Assembly: GCA_043822305.1 (NCBI GenBank)
Contig: JBDRBU010000041.1
Location: 1-26,284 of the forward strand
DNA length: 26,284 nt
Source of the DNA: Candidatus Firestoneibacteriota bacterium
GTDB taxonomy: Bacteria > Oederibacteriota > D2-FULL-39-29 > JBDRBU01
Reading direction: 5' to 3'
The notes below the pieces were generated by a model, which was given only the letters and a program-made list of their open reading frames with translations, was not told the DNA's origin and did not search any database. Of this stretch, positions 26,145 to 26,284 are shown piece by piece. Every line of letters starts with the position of its first letter. Positions within the stretch are counted from its first letter, which is position 1. The position numbers and the translations under genes were made by a program.

Positions 26145-26284
26145 GAGGCTGTCCCACAACCTCCATCTTTTTACCATTTAACACCTTATTTTTAACTTTT
26201 ACCAATTTCACCTCCCATTCTACGCCCTTCTTTGGGCAAAAATTCCTTCCATCTATAATTCGATTACCTCACTATTCCATTCTT
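26145..26284. mobile_element. Probable end of an IS1182-family insertion sequence running off the window
   Basis: GAGGCTGTCCCACAAC at 26145-26160 resembles IS1182-type terminal IRs (recalled, not searched). It is followed by strand-skewed non-coding sequence to the window edge. No transposase is visible. Confidence 0.45.

Overview
AT-rich bacterial segment in which essentially every gene lies on the minus strand. It looks like a whole contig broken at insertion-sequence ends: a probable IS1634-type right end at the left edge and an IS1182-type inverted repeat at the right edge. In transcription order (right to left) the genes are serS, tsaD, a PiT phosphate transporter, DUF47, apt, DUF116, larC, ilvD, ilvB and ilvN. 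An envelope locus follows: exbD, a 2031-aa Ig-repeat surface protein with a T9SS-CTD/FlgD-like tail, a PorV/FadL-like barrel fused to an FlgD-Ig domain, a second exbD, a long TonB, and an FlgD-Ig/OmpA-like protein. The window ends with apgM, comEC and DUF4254. TonB, ExbD and the outer-membrane barrel indicate a diderm organism; an uncultured candidate-phylum lineage is my inference only. Two things stand out. First, the TonB/ExbD-linked PorV-like plus CTD-substrate locus. Second, a dense set of tiny palindromic repeat elements, several nested inside one another. These include a 24-bp GC-rich unit with no stop codon in any frame that sits in-frame inside larC (two copies) and comEC (opposite orientation) and inside another palindrome, and a composite hairpin family showing compensatory base changes.
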